A stretch of 64,000 nucleotides of DNA from Octopus vulgaris (GCA_951406725.2 OX597826.1:15872001-15936000); one strand, 5' to 3'; shown: positions 36,270 to 50,816, numbered from the stretch's first letter. Program-made: numbers and translations. The notes: generated from the sequence alone by a model not told the origin.

Positions 36270-36465
36270 TATGCACTGGGGTTGGTGCCACGTACAAAGC
36301 GCTTGGTACACTCTGCAAAATGATTGGCGTTACGATGGGCATCCAGCCGTAGAAACCAAGCGAAAATAGACTATAAAACTCAGTGTGGCCATTGGCCTTG
36401 CCATTTCCCGTCAAGCCATCCAATCCTTGCCAGCATGGAACTCGGACGTTAAATAATAATGATGA
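36270..36465 (+). mobile_element. Interspersed retroposon tail
   Basis: GGCGTTACGATGGGCATCCAGCCGTAGAAACC...GCCAGCATGGAACTCGGACGTTAAATAATAATGATG, ending in a short tandem tail. Confidence 0.5.
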
Positions 36466-38904
36466 GGAGCAGGAGGGTGTCCCTGCTTTGCAAATGATAC
36501 TAAAGATGAAGAAACACACGGTTCAATTTTGTTTCAAAAGATTCATTTTTAACAGTCTTCTAAATATTGAACGAGATAATACACTTTTGTATTTCGCATC
36601 TTTTTCAAGAATATATTTGTTTGAAAGACGAGGAGGAAAAGCTATTCACTTGTTTGAGATATGTAGGAGAGACAGCTGATTAAGCTGATTATCTTGAAAT
36701 CTGGGAATTTGGTAGTTCGACGGCTTTGATCATATGAACTGGTGTATTTGCAGATATATTACCGGTATCTCTGCTGTGTGCAACAGAGAACAAAGTTGTC
36801 ACCTGTGTTTTGTTGACGTCCAAAAGTGGGGTCTACATAGTTCAAAATTAAGTTATGTATCGAAACCAAGAACTTCCAGAAGAAGCTAAAGAAGCATACA
36901 AAGTAGAATAAGTGAAGAATATCGGTCCAGGGTCACAAACTACGTGTGCTCTTTATTAATCTATCTAAACTGTCTTTCTCTAAGTGTGTGAGTATGTGTG
37001 AATGTGTTTATGTGTGAGTGTGTGTGTGTGAATGTGTGTGTCTGCGTGTGTGTGTATGTGTGAAAGTGCGTGTCACTACATGTGTGTGTCTGTGTTAGCT
37101 TATCACGCAATACTTGACTCGAACATGTAATCATGTGATACTCTGCAAATGTCTTAGCAATATAGTAAAATCTGCGTCCGTATCATGCATATTTAGGTAT
37201 CGTGAAATTCAGTAGCTTGTCAACAATCACCACAACACAATCGTTCTATAGTATAAACCAAAATTATGTTATTTGGGATTTTATATTTAAATAGACGATA
37301 AAAATGTGTTGGCGACCATGTTTATTTCAAATATATTAATATTGCTAGTTAAATTGAATTGTAATTTCACAAATTTTCAACACATGAGGTATGATAATAA
37401 AACAACCAAATCGATATTTTTCAACTTTATGTTGCCCTTATGCTAGCAGGGAGTAAAAAGAAATAAACGACAAAATGTCTAACATTTTTTTCCAACTCCG
37501 AAGCATCTGACTCTATTTACGAATATGTTTTCTGAAAATTTTTACATTTTTTTACGTATGTCATGATTTTCCATTGTCAAATAGTTACAAGTAATATAAC
37601 AATTTTTTTTATGAAATAAAATAAAGATCATTTATTTCAGAACTTTAAGAGAAGAACCGTTAAATAGCAGTAGAAAGTCCAAAAAGCAATTCAAAAGAAC
37701 ATTAACATTTAAAAACTCGGTTATTTTTTACTTTTCTTTCTACTTGATATGAAATCCTATTTATGAGACAAACTCTTCAAAACTGCGATGGCACTTCATT
37801 CACTTCATAAGGAATGTGAATATGTGAAACATACGAAATATAGCAAAGATTATGTCTATTAGTAAATATAATTCTCAACTGACCTGGTGTAGTATTTCAT
37901 GTTTTTGATGTACCTGGTTACGGTTAAACAGCGATGCTAAGTATGGATGGATATAAAATATTTATTAGACCCTTCAGAAATGATAACCAGATTTGAATTA
38001 AAATGGGAATTACAAAGATGAAGAGGATTATAACCAGAGTCTGTAATGTTTGGGGCGAAAGAGAAATTGTGGGAATAGAAAGGAATAGAATAGGGTGCGT
38101 GAAGTGGGATTCCTATGTTCTTTGAGCTGTGAAAAACAATCTTCATAGGTGATTGCTTTATCTTTATTGGGAATATAAAATGTAAATCTGGTAAATCCAG
38201 GCGGATGTTTCATGTTAACTATGAACTGGGTATATTTATAGAGAGAATCGTCGTTGCGGATGGATGTAAGGTTTCAAGGAAGCGTAATAAAATGATTCTC
38301 ATTTATTTAGAGGTGAATGCACAAAAGTGAATGGGAAACTGTTTCATGAGCTTGGCAACCTTGTGACAATATTCATAATGTGTTCTCTTGTAAGATAAGT
38401 ATTCGATATCTGCAAAGTAACATACCAAAGATGTATCCTACGCTCAGATTGTCATAATGTACACTAAAAGTATTTAAAAGGTAAAAAAGAGAAAAAACCT
38501 TTCTAAATGTTAGCATTTATTTTTGAAAGGCCAACAGAGTTTTACCAAGCAGCACTGAAATATTTTGGGGCTATGAAGGAATTTAAATAATGTAACTACA
38601 AGTAGCTAAAGGAATTCCCTTGAAGTACAAGATCATGCAAAGTAAAATTTCTCATGAGATTCAGTTTTACAAAATCTGCATGGAATAAGATGTAATAAAA
38701 ATTTAGAAATAGCAAAATTTTCCGTATCTGCACCAACAACTTCTGTATTGAAGGAGTGGAGAGAGGAGATGTAAAATGCATGTTTCCATTGCAGGAGTCA
38801 AATAGTTGCTGGTATTGCGAGGAGTTCTGAGAGCAACAGACGGAAAAGATATAGAAGGGAAAATTAGTTAGTGAGACGTTTAAGCCAATGCGACTGAAAA
38901 TAGT

Positions 38905-39135
38905 TATTTCTTTACTGCCCACAAGGGGCTAAACACAGAGAGGACAAACAAGGACAGACAAACGGATTAAGTCGATTATATCGACCCCTGTGCGTAACTG
39001 GTACTTATTTAATCGACCCCGAAAGTATGAAAGGCAACGTCGACCTCGGCGGAATTTGAACTCAGAATGTAACGGCAGACGAAATACCGCTAAGCATTTC
39101 GCCCGGTGTGCTAACGACTCTGCCAGCTCGTCCCC
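38905..39135 (-). mobile_element. SINE family A, full length, with perfect 17-bp TSD
   Basis: TSD ATGCGACTGAAAATAGT at 38888-38904 and 39138-39154. A and B boxes present on the reverse strand. Confidence 0.92.
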
Positions 39136-39190
39136 TTATGCGACTGAAAATAGTGAGAAATTTAAGCCAAGGTAACTGGAAACTGTAACC

Positions 39191-39234
39191 TCAGGTGAGT
39201 GGGTTCGAGAGTGCTCTCGAATCCACTCACCTGA
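39191..39234. repeat. 21-bp near-perfect hairpin
   Basis: TCAGGTGAGTGGGTTCGAGAG-TG-CTCTCGAATCCACTCACCTGA with one G-T pair. Confidence 0.9.
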
Positions 39235-39659
39235 AGACCTGCAGGTACATATCTATTGTTGAATCAAGTTAAATCAATACTGTGTATTATAAATGAAGCA
39301 GTTATTAATTACTAACTGATGTTCATGTAATTTCAATTTAAGATTGTTCATACCATTTTCCTATATTATAATACATATATTTTTGAATCGACTAAGCAAA
39401 GCAATAATACAAATGTATATATGACAAATATATATGCGCCCCATATATATATCCTTCCTTCACTTATGACAAATTTCTAACTAAATTATTTTGCTTCTTC
39501 ATGTATTTATACATCTTATATGTATATATATATATTGTTTTTGTATTGTTTTTGAATTGTCAAGTCTAAAGTATATGTATCATTTTATCGTGTTACTTAT
39601 ATCATTGATTATCTGTGTGTGTGCATGTATGTGTATATGTTATAAGTATATGTGTCAAT

Positions 39660-40735
39660 ATATTTGTTGTGCAAGATGTTTTATGTGAAGTCGTGTGTTG
39701 AAACATACATTGTTGTATTTTGGAATGGTCATTTTGCCAGTTTAGTCACAGGAGTGTGACGAAAGAACTCTGGCCGAAATAAGATTAATATTAAAGTACA
39801 AAATAAATAACACTGAAGAAAAGTAACACCAAATACATAGTGTGTGTGTTTTTATTGGCTTATATTATAAATGAACTTTGGAGAGAACTTAAGGAAGGAA
39901 AGAGCTCATCGATTCTGAGCAGGAACACAGGGGATCAATCAACAACATAGATGTTAAAATCTTGTCCACACATAGAACAAATGCAACAATCAGACAAATT
40001 ACGGAAGCTACACACATAATAGAAGATAAACCTAGCCAGAATAGGAAACTGGAATGGAACACTAGCACACACCACAACATATGACAGAAGAGGATCCCCA
40101 TAAACTGGTTACAATATAAACAAAACCGAAAACATAATAAATAAAATTCACACACAAATAAACAAATAGTAATAAATAACTATATAGGTTTTTATTTAAA
40201 ATTTAAAAGTTTGTTTTTTTAAGTTTTAAATTTTTAAAAAATGTTTTAATTTATTTTTTTTAATGTCTTATTATTTTTATTGTTATTACTAGTATTGTTG
40301 TTATACATACATGCATACAAGCATACGTAATAATGATAATAACGATAATAATAAGTGGATGTAAACATGAACAAAAAAATTACACGAACGTATATAAACA
40401 GAAGATAAAAATATTACAGGCATTCTCCCCACACACACATACACACTAACTAAACATAGACGCACATAGAGATATACGCATGCGCAAATGAAGACACATA
40501 CAATAGAAATACAAAATGGCAGACGGTTAGCAAGGAGAGACACAAATAAGAAAGAAGAAAACAAAGGACTACTGATGCGGTCACAGGAGTGTGACGAAAG
40601 AACTCTGGCCGAAATAAGATTAAGATTAATGTAAATAATAAATAACACTGAAGCAAAGTAACACCAAATATATTGTGCCTGTGTTTTTATTGGCTAAAGT
40701 GTTAAAATGACCATTCCGAAATACCACAATATATA
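39660..40735 (+). mobile_element. Short PLE: inverted plus direct pseudo-LTR pieces around a GIY-YIG C-terminal fragment
   Basis: About 39940-40143 reads IDVKILSTHRTNATIRQITEATHIIEDKPSQNRKLEW. Direct repeats at 39745-39860 and 40580-40695. 39705-39745 is the reverse complement of 40693-40735. Hammerhead-like motif at 40566-40610. Confidence 0.75.
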
Positions 40736-40742
40736 TGTGTCC

Positions 40743-40814
<72 letters not shown>

Positions 40815-40815
40815 A

Positions 40816-40912
<97 letters not shown>

Positions 40913-41827
40913 CTCTCTCTATATATATATATATATATGTACATGTGTGTGTGTGTGTGTACACATATGTATATATACGTATTTGTGTGTGTGTGACAGT
41001 ATATTTATGTAGATGTATGAATATGTGCATGTGCATGCAGATATATATGCTCATGTGCATATATATATATATATATATACTTGCATACATATATGTGCAT
41101 GCGTGTATATATCCACATGTGCATATATACATATATATGCATACATACTGTTGCTGCAACTAAATATTAATATATATATATGTATATATTATTACTTATA
41201 ATAATTTTTCAATTATTATGTAACGAGATTAATAAATGGGTTTAATATAATAGATAAATAGGTATTTGGTTCGCGTTTCTGTAATTTTTAGTTTTTGACA
41301 ATCCAGCGAGGTTGTATATGATGTTGACTGTAATAGTTATTCTGTTATTATATAAGGTTAGTTCCTGTAGAAGCGATTATTATATTAATATATTAATTAA
41401 TGCGACGTAAAGTATCTAAGTTTCTATCAAGCATTACGTTGAATAATTACGTGTCGTTATTATTCTTTAGTAATCTATTAGCCATAACGTAGAATATTTG
41501 CGGGCTGTTTTTGTTCTTTAGATACCAGTGACGTCATCAACATTTGTATATAAATAAACTCCTTTTTTCGGTAAAGTTTTTGCATTTTTATTTTAGATTA
41601 TTTATTGTATGTAGATTTCAATGTGTCGTAAAAATTATGAAATTAGTATGGTATTTTTTATATTTTATTTTTATAAAGTAAATTAATTATTGAATGACAT
41701 TCCTCTTGTTTGAATGAATGAATGTCTTACGGGTTGGCGTTGCTCCTTGATAGCGTTTTTTTAATTGCTGCAATTTTTTCATACGTTCAGTTAGAATTCA
41801 CCATTTGGAATTAGCATGATAATGTTG

Positions 41828-41873
41828 AATTGGCATAAATTATCGTAGATATTATTATTAATTTAAATAATAT

Positions 41874-41913
<40 letters not shown>

Positions 41914-41960
41914 ATATTATTTAAATTAATAATAATATCTACGATAATTTATGCCAATAT

Positions 41961-42012
<52 letters not shown>

Positions 42013-42058
42013 ATATTATTTAAATTAATAATAATATCTACGATAATTTATGCCAATT
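41828..42058. repeat. About 50-bp unit in inverted then tandem arrangement around (TA)n
   Basis: 41828-41878 is the reverse complement of 41910-41958, which is repeated at 42009-42058. Confidence 0.85.
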
Positions 42059-42059
42059 C

Positions 42060-44780
42060 GAAACAAAAATATTTACCATACAGAAATTTTACACACACTA
42101 CAAACAAAAACAACCATAGATTCCCACACACACACAACGATCGGGGGCAACAATACCACCACTCCTCCGACCCAATATCACACAACCTCACAGACAACTC
42201 ATACAAACAAAATTACACCCAACATTTTCTAGCCAGGGACCAGGGACACCAGGACACAGGCTGGAACCTAGTAATAAGGAAAAACCGAAGATAATCAATC
42301 TTTCAACCAAACCTCTTTCTAACATAACAATTGACATCCTCTCAAAAGGGCTCAAATTTACACCAACTCCACGCAGAGCCAACCTAAATGAAATCAAGGA
42401 TAATATAACAGAATTTTGCAGAAAATTAAGACTAGCAGAAGCATCAAACAGTTTCAATACTGAAGATGAATCACTAGTCAAGAACAAAAGTGAACACATC
42501 CCACACAGAGGAAGAAATAAAGATCTTGACGAATTCTGTAACCACATTGAGAACTTTCCCTACCATACTATACATAAACAGAAAGCTAACTCAAATTTTA
42601 ACAATACACAATGGAAAGAACTGATAGAACTTCAAAATGATGAGGATATAACCATTAAGGAAGCAGACAAGGGAAATCCAGTTGTAATAATGGATACATC
42701 ATACTACAGAAATCTTGTAATTTCCTTGCTTGATGACGACCTACATTATGAAAAAATTACCAACTACACCCCACAAAAATAATGAAAACTCTATCTTCAC
42801 TAATTAAAACCCATGAAAAGGAACTAACAACCAAATATATTGACTTCCTAACAAACTTTGAATACAGACCTAGCCTTTTCTATGGTCTGCCAAAAATTCA
42901 TAAAAGTCAAATTATAAATGAAACCATTAAAAAATCACCAAAGACATACATACACACACCTAACCCGGGGGACCTAAAACTACGACCCATTGTAGCTGGC
43001 CCAACCTGTGAAACACACAGACTAAGTCTACTTATGGACATCCTCCTGAAACCCTTCCTTAAACATATCGATAGCCATATCAGAGATGACTTAGATATGT
43101 TAAACCACCTTCCAAAAAAAGCTAAGGAAGAAACAATCCTGGTCTCATTTGATGTAGTTAACTTGTATACCAGTATACCTCATAATTATGGACTGGAGGC
43201 AATACAGTTCTGGTTAGACCAATTTCCGGAAGAAATACCAAAAAGCATCAGTAAAGAATTCATTACTAAATCAATTGAATTCATCCTACACAATAACCAC
43301 TTCATGTTTGACAATACAGTTTACCGTCAAAAATCCGGAATTGCTATGGGTACAAGGGCAGCACCAGTCATTGCGAACTTAACAATGGGATACATGGAAA
43401 TAATCATTTACCAGGAATCTTTATCAATCTTTGGAAACCCCTCTCTCAATACATAAAAGAGAATTGGAAACGATTCTTAGACGATTGTTTTATTCTCTGG
43501 AATGAAAACACAGATAAACTCCTAAAATTTAAAAACCTATTGAACAGCATAAACCCAAATATACAGTTCACAATGGAATACAACCAAAAGGAGCTCCCGT
43601 TCTTGGATATACTAATTAAAAAAATTAACCTTAAAATAGAAACAGACATTTTTTACAAAGCCACAGACGCCAAACAATACCTTCTTTTTAATTCATGCCA
43701 CCCAAGACACACTAAAACAAACATCCCCTTCAACCTTGCAAGAAGGATATGCACAATAGTGTCAGAACCAAATACCAGGAACTTTAGACTGCAAGAACTC
43801 AAAAACACCCTAATTGACGGACATTACCCAGCTCAACTCATAGAGGATGGGATCAGACGTGCAACAGAAATCAAGTTCAACACAACAACACACCTTCCCC
43901 GAAAATACTACCTTACAAATCTACATACAACCCCAGAAACAAAGAAGCCTTCACCATCATCACCCAGAATTTACCAATACTTCATAAAAACCCCAAATTA
44001 AAGGAAATTCTAAACATACACCAAATCATTAAAAGCTACAAACAGTCTAAATCACTTTAAAAGATTCTCAGAAAGGCAAAATTGTCTTCTGAAATTACGG
44101 ATGCAAAAGTAAAAAAATGTGGTACATCGAACTGTGCAACATGTCCTAACCTGCGAGAAGGATCAGAATTCCTCTTTAAAGAGGGACAGAAATTCAAGAT
44201 CAAATCTAACTTTACTTGTGCCTCTGAAAACTACGTGGGATCCACGGGACTATCACTCAGACGCAGATGCACACTGCATCGACAACAGATTGCATTCCCA
44301 GAATGATACCTTTTAGTGAGCACATTGAGAAATGCGCAAAGCAACTACTACCACAATTTTTAATCTTTCTATTTTACCAATGTGCTTTCGGATCATCAAC
44401 ACAAAATAGACTAAACAAGGAAACATTCTTCATTGAAAAGTACAAGCCCAGACTCAACCATTCGAACATACTGATACAGAGAAATTCACGGCAAGGGAGA
44501 CGAAAAATTTTTTAAGCGATTATCTCCCTTACACCGGAAGAAATCACTCACTACCTCCCCTTATTTAGAACTCTCCTGAAAATAAACACAACGATAACTC
44601 TATTCAACATAAACATAACGTCACAAGAAATTTGAAAAGCTACACGCGAAATGGGTCTTTCTTTTAAATTATGTCATTATAAGAGAAAAAAAAAAAAATT
44701 TCTAATATTCTTCAGACATATTGACGCAAATATATATATTTTTTAACATTTAAGCCTTCTGTCGTTTTTTCAATCTTCAC
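42060..44780 (+). mobile_element. Penelope-like element, long copy with a frameshifted RT and GIY-YIG ORF
   Basis: KEADKGNPVVIMD, YGLPKIHK, LRPIVAGP, SFDVVNLYTSIP, QKSGIAMGTRAAP, WKRFLDDCF, ELPFLD, SCHPRH, CGTSNCATC, YVGSTG and KETFFIEKYKPRLN in order, with several frameshifts. Confidence 0.95.
44625..44663 (+). ncRNA. Minimal type I hammerhead variant (U3-A8 core) 3' of the PLE ORF
   Basis: AAGAAA|T|TTGAAAA|GC-TACAC-GC|GAAA|TGG|GTC|TTTCTT with a 6-bp stem I. Confidence 0.6.
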
Positions 44781-44784
44781 TACT

Positions 44785-44890
<106 letters not shown>

Positions 44891-44904
44891 ATATATATAT
44901 ATAT

Positions 44905-44979
<75 letters not shown>

Positions 44980-45869
44980 TACGTGTGTTTGGTGCGTGCA
45001 TGTGTTTCTTTGTGCGTTTGTGTATGAATCTAGGAATATATATATATATATATATACTCTAAATCATAAAATTATAATCCTCTATTTATCTAATATCGAG
45101 GTTTCATTCGTTTGTTGCTATTTATTTTTCTTTTTTTAATAAAGATATGATATTCTGTGTACATATTGGTTTTTGTTAAATAGTCTGAATTTCTCAAAAT
45201 TCTACTAAAGAATTGTCGGGTTCACCGTTCATACATGAGGATGTTCCTGCGATTTGTATTCTACATACATTTACTGGTACCTACTTGTTGGAAGCTTAAC
45301 CTTATTCCTTTATACTAAGCGCTTACTTCATATCTGCCAAGATTTTTATATCTCATATTGTCTTGTATATATATATATATATATATATATAGATGCGTAT
45401 GTGTGTGTGTGTGTGTGTGTACATATATTTGTATATATATGTATATGTGTCTATGTGTGCATATAAATCCGCGCGTGTGTATATCTTTCTCTTTCCTTTA
45501 CACCGTCTGTCTCTGCTGCTCCTTAATAATATCTTGCTATGACAGATTTCTGATGAATTTCTAATAGGAAATTCCTTATTATTTTAATGTAAAATGCGAA
45601 CCATTGTAATTGCTATTAGCGAATAAAACACATGTGACGGAGAATAAATTTTACAAAGAAAAAATTCTACTTTACTAATGTGTTATACAATAACTCTGCA
45701 AATAATATTTCCATTATTCTCAATTTTAATGTGAATTTTGTCTAACATACAGCAGCAAATGTGGCCACATAACGATGATAACAATAATGGAAGAAGCATA
45801 TGTGATTCAAGAGGAAACAGGTGAAATTTATCTTAACTACACACACAAACTCTCGCACATACACAGGGA

Positions 45870-46184
<315 letters not shown>

Positions 46185-46569
46185 CTATGTGAGGCTTATT
46201 GTTTAGGGTGTTGCACGCACGATCAAGCAATCGTGATTTCAATTACTACACCAAACGTAGCGTTGCGTTCTTGAGTGAAATACCTCACCTCACGTTGCTG
46301 TGAGTATGAATAAATCATTTTTAATGCTTTTTATTTCTCTGCCTGCCACTTGATGAGTTCGATATTTAAATATTGATCTTATCCTTATTTAAATTTATAT
46401 ATATCTATAAATATATATATATATACAGAGAGAGAAAGAGAGGGTGACAGATAGATAGATAAATAGGTAGATAGATAGATGGAGTGAGAGAGAGAGAGAG
46501 AGATTGCATATAGGTCATCTATAGTCAACAAGACCAGTTTCGAACCTCTAACTTTTTTAAACGACCTTC

Positions 46570-46830
46570 ACCAAAAGTCAAGATAATCAACGAAACCTAA
46601 ATAATGTTGTAATATTGTTTGAAGAGAAAGAATAAAACAGTGGAGGAGAGACAGAAGCAACCACTACAGACTCCGGCATCCACATGTGGCCAATGCAATC
46701 TCCTGTAATACGCGTGGTTTGATCATTTTAGCCACATTCACCACCGGCGTTAATGATCCAAATATTCGTCCAGAAGAAATCAAACAAAGGATTCGACATC
46801 TGAGCCGGCGCCAACAACGACGATACTATA
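46570..46830 (+). mobile_element. Degenerate RTE-type LINE 3' end
   Basis: TCGQCN...SH zinc-finger-like remnant followed by a short (ACG)n-like tail. Confidence 0.4.
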
Positions 46831-46869
46831 TTTACACATATTTAAGCATTTGTATATGTGTATATACCC

Positions 46870-47090
46870 GTGTTTATGTGTCTTCGTGTTTGATTTTGTC
46901 CCTCATCATAGCTTGATGAACGGTATGGGTTTGTTTATGTCAACATTGCTGAACGTTCGGCAAATGAGTTTGATAGAATAAGTACCACGCTTAAAAAAAA
47001 ATAAGTACTGCATCCAGTTTGTTTGGATAAACTCTTTAAGGCAGTGCTCTAGCATGGCCGCTGTCTGGTAAATGAGACAAAAAGAAGATA
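46870..47090 (+). mobile_element. SINE family B 3' part
   Basis: GTTCGGCAAATGAG...GATAGAATAAGTACC...GGCAGTGCTCTAGCATGGCCGC. Confidence 0.7.
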
Positions 47091-48699
47091 AAGACATAGA
47101 AGGAAAGCAGCATCTGTGAAAACATGATTGTGGTGGTTGTGGCGGTCGTGGTCGTGGTAGTAGTAATATTAGTGGTGGTGGTGGTGGTGGTGGTGGTGAA
47201 ATTAGCTTTCTTTGCAAAAGCATTAGCACGCAATCGCTTTGTAGGAAAATACACAAATTTATATTCTGAGAACCTTTAAATAATTGAATTTTGTTCAGAA
47301 GAATTGTATTCTACTGCGAGATAAAAAGAGCAAGAAAAATATTGTATATTTTCAAAGTACACTCAATGCCTGCAGTCGATGTCTCACATTTTATGGAATT
47401 AAAAGTTAACTATGTAAAGCACTGTAGATGTTATTCGGAAACAAAGCAGTATATCACAATCACAGTATAAGGGTGAAAGAAACGACTGATTAGTTTTGAA
47501 TAGCAGTAGGTTTCTATCGAATATTTTCAAATGTTCTGGAGTTAAAATTAACTACGTAACACTATATCATGTCTATATACTACGAAATTCGTTTAAGGTG
47601 GAGTCGAAATGTCATTGGTTGAGGGGGAAATATTTTTGAACAACTTACAATTGTAGAACGAATTTCGACATATTTGATATTTATGAAAAAATTCAGAAAC
47701 AGCTTTAGAATTTAGGAGTTAACTTCATAATACTGATGCAATGACTTTTATTACTATATTTCTCATACTCATTGAAATTTATGCTAGACTGAAAAAATTC
47801 TAGGATTCTACACCCGCATTTATTATTCTAGTCTACTTTCTATCCGGGCAACGCCTCTATTATTATAATTAATTGTTTACCTTTATAAATGAAAAATGAA
47901 ACTATTGCAAATATTTTTCAAATACATGTTTTGTTCAAACTTAGAAAAATTGCTGGTACCTAAAAATAGCAAAGGATTAATAACATCATACTTCTCCCAA
48001 ATAAATATATTTTAAGCATATTTTTGATAAAATTAGGCTATATTTGATAACAGAAAATGTGACGCTGTAACAAGTAGTAGATACACTAATTCACATTTAT
48101 AGCTGTCATAAAATTTCAAGCATTAGATATTGCAACCAATGGTAGAAACAAGAACAAAAAATGAATAACTGTTACAGTGTGGAACAGTAATTACTTCACA
48201 AGAGAGTGGCAAATATTAGCATCACATGCCCACGTCGCACTGGGTTGATGTATACGGTCATTAACATATAACTGATGTTAAAAGTGAGGATATACAGTTC
48301 AGAGTTTGAAATGTGTCGATTATAACTGAGCTATCAGGGGAGTGTATAAATATATATAAGGAACTTCAGGGTGAAGGGCATTTTCTACATTGTTTCGAAC
48401 ATGACTTTCCCTAGTGAGTTTGAATGTGAATGAATATAAATGGAATTAAAACTAACATTTGGCACCTATATAAGACTCACCTCTAAAACTTGTACGTATA
48501 TAGCATACATTATATCATATACACACTTACGTAACTGCATATATATATATATGCATACATGCAAGTATATATGTATGTATGTATGTATGCATGCATGTAT
48601 GTATACGTGTGTTTTGTATGTATGTATAAATACAATACATCATTTATTCATAAGGTTTTAAGTTCATATCTTGAAGGTATTATATTGAAGCTAATATAC

Positions 48700-49200
48700 C
48701 ATTCACAAATTTTTCTGAGATATACTATTATGGATAAAATATTCAAAATGTTTTTCATATTATATTCTAAGCCTGCCATAATCTGGCACATAACCTAGAA
48801 ACATCAGATTACTTATGCTTCTGTTAAAACTCCTAATGGTTTCATGGCTACTATTCTTCGTCACAGGTTCATAAAGGTGGCTCTCATAAGTTTTAACATT
48901 GCTTAACTCTTCTAAGTTGTTAGACGGATCTGTACATCTTGATACTAATGTTCTGATTGTCCGTTTAAAAAATAAATGCATCAAACAATTATACAAATAT
49001 GTGATATTCTCAAGTTTCGAATTTCTTTATTTGCTAGCTTATAGAAATTTAAGCTAAAATTACGTCTTCCAAAGCAAATAATACTACCTAGTATAAATAA
49101 TATAAAGAAGTATAAAATATAGTCATCAATGTAGCAACTACAATTTTGTTGTAATCTCGAAATATTTTCAGTAAAACACAAAATGCAAGAACAGTTCTTC
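48700..49200 (-). pseudogene. Old PLE RT-thumb remnant
   Basis: KRTIRTLVSRCTDPSNNLEEL...HLY resembles the PLE K..I..LV.R....S...EL....N.YP segment. Confidence 0.4.
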
Positions 49201-50079
49201 GAAATAAAGCTTACACTGTAGGAGAATGAACGATTTATCGTTGCTTTTTCTAGATTAATATATTATTACACTTATGTGGGTCTTTTTGTGACATGTATAT
49301 ATATTGAAATCCTTCAGTAATATTATGAATGTCATTAAACTTCAGGAAATATAAATAAATAATAACCCTATACACACAAAAGCAGTGCACTTCACACACA
49401 CAGTTATATATGTGAGTATCTATTTGTGTGCTTCTATGTTGAACTGAAAGAAATTGCAATAAATACATTGCAAGATGCGAGAGTCACTTGCACCCTAAGC
49501 AAAATGCTTATCAGTTTTCTGTTCTCAGTTCAGTCGCCTAGGATATTGCATTTGCCTTTCAATCTCTCGAGACCGCGAAAGCAAGCACCATGTGTGACCA
49601 ATCTCCGCCAAATCGATAGGCTTGTACCAACATTTAGCGACGGACATGATGCGAGGTGTTTATTTCTTTAGACGAACAATCGGTTACACAGATGCCTATC
49701 ATATTGTATCTCACTAACAATTAAAAAACAAGTAAAACGTTTATCCGATATTTCAGCTGCTCTCCCTAAGACAAAATTCTAGCTACATATGATTCCTAAA
49801 GTAATTTTTAACGGTTGGCGTTAAAATTACTTAACATTGGTCAAAAGATGACAAGCGACTTAATATTTTGCTGATTATTGTTATGAGAAACTGCAGAGCA
49901 GTAATACGATACAAGAGAGGCAAATCGGTTAAGTACTTCTTCCTGTGACATTGGTAGCTAATTAGTTGCTTCTTTTTATTTTGATCGTTAATTAGTGCCA
50001 GGTGAATTTAATGGGCCTAATTTCCCTACGTCTATAGAATTATAAGAAGTGGTATACGCTATCTTCATTTTTAATTTTG

Positions 50080-50690
50080 TATTTGGTATATAATAAATGC
50101 TTTTGTCAAATCCGCTTAATTTCAAGGCGTTGTTATAAAATGGTGTGTGTTGTTTAAAGATATCTTCGTTAGCCGATCAGTTTGACAACTTCATAGAGAT
50201 AGCTACTACGATGCTATTAATAGTTGAATAGGGATGGTTTGAGGGTACATTTATATATTGAAGGGTTTGGTTCGGTTTCCTATAGGGATAGTCCGGTATT
50301 TAGGTCTAATGTAACGTCAAGAAAATTAGCTACCTTAGGGTTAATATCAAAATTGATATCAAGGTTATAAACTTTTTTTAATAAATTCATTTAAATTCTT
50401 TTTTAATCTTACTATAGCTGGATTAGAGAGATTGCCTGTGGTAAATAGTGCATCATCCCTATAGATACTGCCAGAAAGACAAGGGAAGCTACTTCTTATC
50501 CTATCATAGAAATACAGACCCACTAAATCAGTGATTTGTGCTGAATCCGACGAGCCCATTGTTATAACAAATAGGGTATTGGATTCAGTCTTGGCCCAGT
50601 TTTGGACCTTATAATTAATTGAAGTCATCCTAGCGGCGTGTATGGATGATTTAGCTCGCAATGAGCACTTCTTAATATAGTCCATATATT
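50080..50690 (-). mobile_element. PLE RT fragment of a second lineage (TMGS.D.A / YRDD type)
   Basis: LFVITMGSSDSAQITDLVGLY...GSIYRDDAL, then ANFLDVTLDL and KPNQTLQYINVPSNHP downstream. Confidence 0.8.
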
Positions 50691-50763
50691 GTGAAGTATA
50701 TTTAAAAAATAAACTTCACAAAAAAAAATATCTTTATATATACACACATATATGTTTATGTAA

Positions 50764-50816
<53 letters not shown>

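Noticed and set aside
34440-36900. Faint hAT-like peptide traces (about 34.5-35.0 kb and 36.6-36.9 kb)
   Set aside because: Too short and degenerate to call without a profile search.
45545-45620. CTGATGA followed by an ATTTC/GAAAT hairpin
   Set aside because: No correctly placed GAAA, NUH site or stem I.
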